Source: Phaeosaccion multiseriatum (lineage: Eukaryota; Protista; Ochrophyta, other classes). Taken from it: DNA of 64,000 bases. Within the stretch, counting starts at the first letter, position 1, and every line of letters begins with the position of its first letter. The notes below the pieces were generated by a model. That model ran no database searches. It was not told the origin of the DNA and worked only from the letters and a program-made list of their open reading frames with translations. The stretch spans positions 1,240,001-1,304,000 of the forward strand of contig OZ218954.1 in assembly GCA_965112735.1 (NCBI GenBank). The letters are read 5' to 3'. The translations under genes were made by a program, and so were the position numbers. Below, piece after piece: positions 61,654 to 64,000 of the stretch.

Positions 61654-63790
61654 CTACTTGTCATCGGCTGCCATCACCACCCCTGCCTGGCCTTGCCGCA
61701 GCTGACTCTGGCCCTGGCCCTGCTGTTGTTGCTGCTGCTGCTCCTCAATCTTCTTCGCGTTGACCCTCCGCCCAATCGCCTTGAGAATCTCCTCCACAAT
61801 CATAATGGGTGCACCAAACGCGAGCACATAGAGCCAGTCCTCCTGCGTCAGGGGTTGCAGACCGAAAATCTCCGAGGCTCCGGGAGCGTACAGCACCGCG
61901 AAATGCAAGAGAGAGGGCAAGGCCACACCCACGAGGAGCCACTTGTTTCGCCAGGGGGGCACACGGAAAATGCTATTGTCCACCGACACGGCTGAGAGCG
62001 CCTTGAGCATCTCCATCGTCACCAGCACGGAGAGACTGAGCGTCTGCGCCTTCTCCTTGGCAAAGCCCGAGAAGATACCGCAGGGGTCGGTTTCGACGTA
62101 CATGAGGTTGCTGTCTCCATTGGCCACAGGCTTGAAAGTCTCCGAGAGAGTACCGCAGTTGGACCAACTGAGGAGGTCGCGTAACCCTACGCCGTGGTCC
62201 ATGTACCAGTGGACAAAGACTCCGATGGTAGCAAAGCCCACATAGAGGCCGGTGGCGCAGTAGCGAGTGAGCAGCCAGCGGCTCATGATGGGCTCGTCGC
62301 GAGGGCGTGGCGGCTTGGACATGGCATCCGGGTCCGGAGGGTTGAAACCCAGGGCAGTGGCCGGTGGACCGTCGGTGACTAGGTTCACCCACAGCAGGTG
62401 CAGCGGGGTGAGGGGCTCGGGAAGACCCAGGAGGGTAGCCACGAAAATGGTCACAATCTCGCCAATGTTGCAGGAGATGAGGAAGCAGATGAAGGCCTGC
62501 ATGTTGTTGTAAATGGCCCTTCCTTCCTCCACGGCGCTCACAATAGTCGCAAAGTTATCGTCCGCCAGGATCATATCGGCGGCGTCTTTGGACACCTCTG
62601 TCCCCGCAATGCCCATAGCGATTCCGATGGCGGCTTGCTGCAGCGCGGGGGCATCGTTCACGCCGTCGCCAGTCATGGCCGGCACCTGAGAGAAGGTTCA
62701 AATTCCATTTGAGTTGGAGTATGAGCTGATAACCCCTTTCCCATTCTCCCTCTCCCCCACCCAACCCCTCCCCTCTGCATCTCTCTCCCTTACGCCTTCC
62801 CCCCCCCCCCTGCCCTCCTCCTAATCCTCCTCCTCCTCCTCCTCCTCCTCCTCCTCCTCTCCCTCTCTCTCCACACGCACGTACGTACCTCCCCTCCCTC
62901 CTGCAGCATCTTGACCAGGCGCTGCTTGTCCTTGGGTTCCGTGCGGCAAAACAGCAAATTCCCACGCGATAGAATCTCCTTCTGCCTCTCCTCTGACTGC
63001 TTGAAGAACTTCGCACCGACCCAAGCCTTCTCACTTACATCCTCCTCCCGATCAAAGATGTTGACATCTCTGGCAATTGCCACCGCCGTCTCCAGTCCAT
63101 CCCCGGTAATTACCATCACCCTCACCCCTGCCTCCTGGCACTGCTTCATTGCCTGCGCCACCTCCGGTCGGGCAGGGTCCTTAATCCCGACAAGCCCCAC
63201 AAAGGTACAATCGTCCTCAATGTTGGCAAAGTTCTTTGGGTCCTTCAGCAGGTGGTTCTTCGCGGGGTCATCGGCCTTACCCTTGCAGCCAAAATCCGCT
63301 AGCTCTCCCAGGTCTCGCCCCTCCTTCACCGCGAGGGCCAAGCATCGCAGAGGCCTCACTGCCATCTCTGCGAATTTGGCTGTAATCTCCTTCCTTAGCC
63401 CTGCAGTGAGTGTCACCACCTTGCCGGATGGAAGCATCACCTGCGGAGAAAGGAGGAGGATGAGGGCATGATGATAACACGGGCAGACAGACGGACGGAC
63501 GGACGGATTAAGTCTCTGGAGAAGAAAGGCATTCACTCTCAAGACAGGGGGGCTGGGCCCCTCTCTCCCTCCTCCCCTCCCTACTACCCACGACTCCCTC
63601 CCCCTTCCTTCTCCCTCCTTCCCTCCGTCCCACCCCTTCTTCCTCCGTCCCTCCCTCCCTCTCTCCCTCACCCTTACTGACATATTACCTTGGAGCAGCG
63701 GGGCAGGAGCAGCTCAGGGGCGCCCTTGACGAAGAGCCTGTTGGCCGCCCCTTCTCTGTTGTCGATAGGGCGGCACAACACGCTCATACT
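61654..63790 (-). CDS. SERCA: SERCA-type (P2A) Ca2+-transporting P-type ATPase, 3' part; the gene continues beyond the window
   Basis: Exons 63790-63689, about 63440-62890 and 62685-61654. Motifs FVKGAPE, LRCLALA, DPARPEV, VITGD, TGDGVNDAPAL, ISCNIGE, LLWVNLVTDGPPATALGFNPPD, VTMEML. Confidence 0.95.
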
Positions 63791-63925
63791 CTGTCGATGG
63801 GAGTGGGGGCAAGTGGGGAGGAAGGGAAGGAGGGAGGGAGTGAGTGAGTGAGTGAGTGAGTGAAGGAGGGAGGGAAGGAGGGAGAGAGGGAGAGAAACAA
63901 GAGCGTCCGAGGAATGGCATGTTCA

Positions 63926-63993
<68 letters not shown>

Positions 63994-64000
63994 CCCACAC

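Noticed and set aside
1-64000. tRNA, rRNA, snRNA genes and autonomous transposons
   Set aside because: No diagnostic motifs were seen by eye; a covariance-model and repeat-library scan would be needed to exclude them.

Overview
Eukaryotic nuclear DNA from a photosynthetic stramenopile (ochrophyte), inferred from bipartite plastid-targeting presequences with ASAFAP-type motifs. The window is gene-dense, with short introns full of microsatellites, so most ORFs in the track are repeat artefacts. Hand-spliced models, left to right: LRR protein (-, runs off the left edge); NEK6/7-like kinase (+); PG-repeat plus ankyrin plus coiled-coil protein (-); two plastid-targeted proteins of unknown function (+); CPW-type ankyrin-like protein (+); CDC20 (+); SlyD-like FKBP-MsrA fusion (-); Arf-family GTPase with a 90-codon inserted exon (-); CAP-Gly-PPEF/EF-hand phosphatase (-); ankyrin protein (+); plastid IsdG-family heme oxygenase (-); plastid protein (+); two duplicated secreted Cys-rich proteins (-) flanking decayed ankyrin genes; and the 3' part of a SERCA Ca2+-ATPase (-). 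The most striking unexplained signal is a dispersed 15-bp word, CAGTTGGTGATACAG. I counted 4 exact and 7 one-mismatch copies by eye, in exons (several frames, both orientations), introns and a 3' flank, which suggests a DNA-level signal or micro-element. Other oddities are a probable GA-AG intron, a GC-AG intron and polarised intron microsatellites. All gene models and family assignments were made by eye without database searches.
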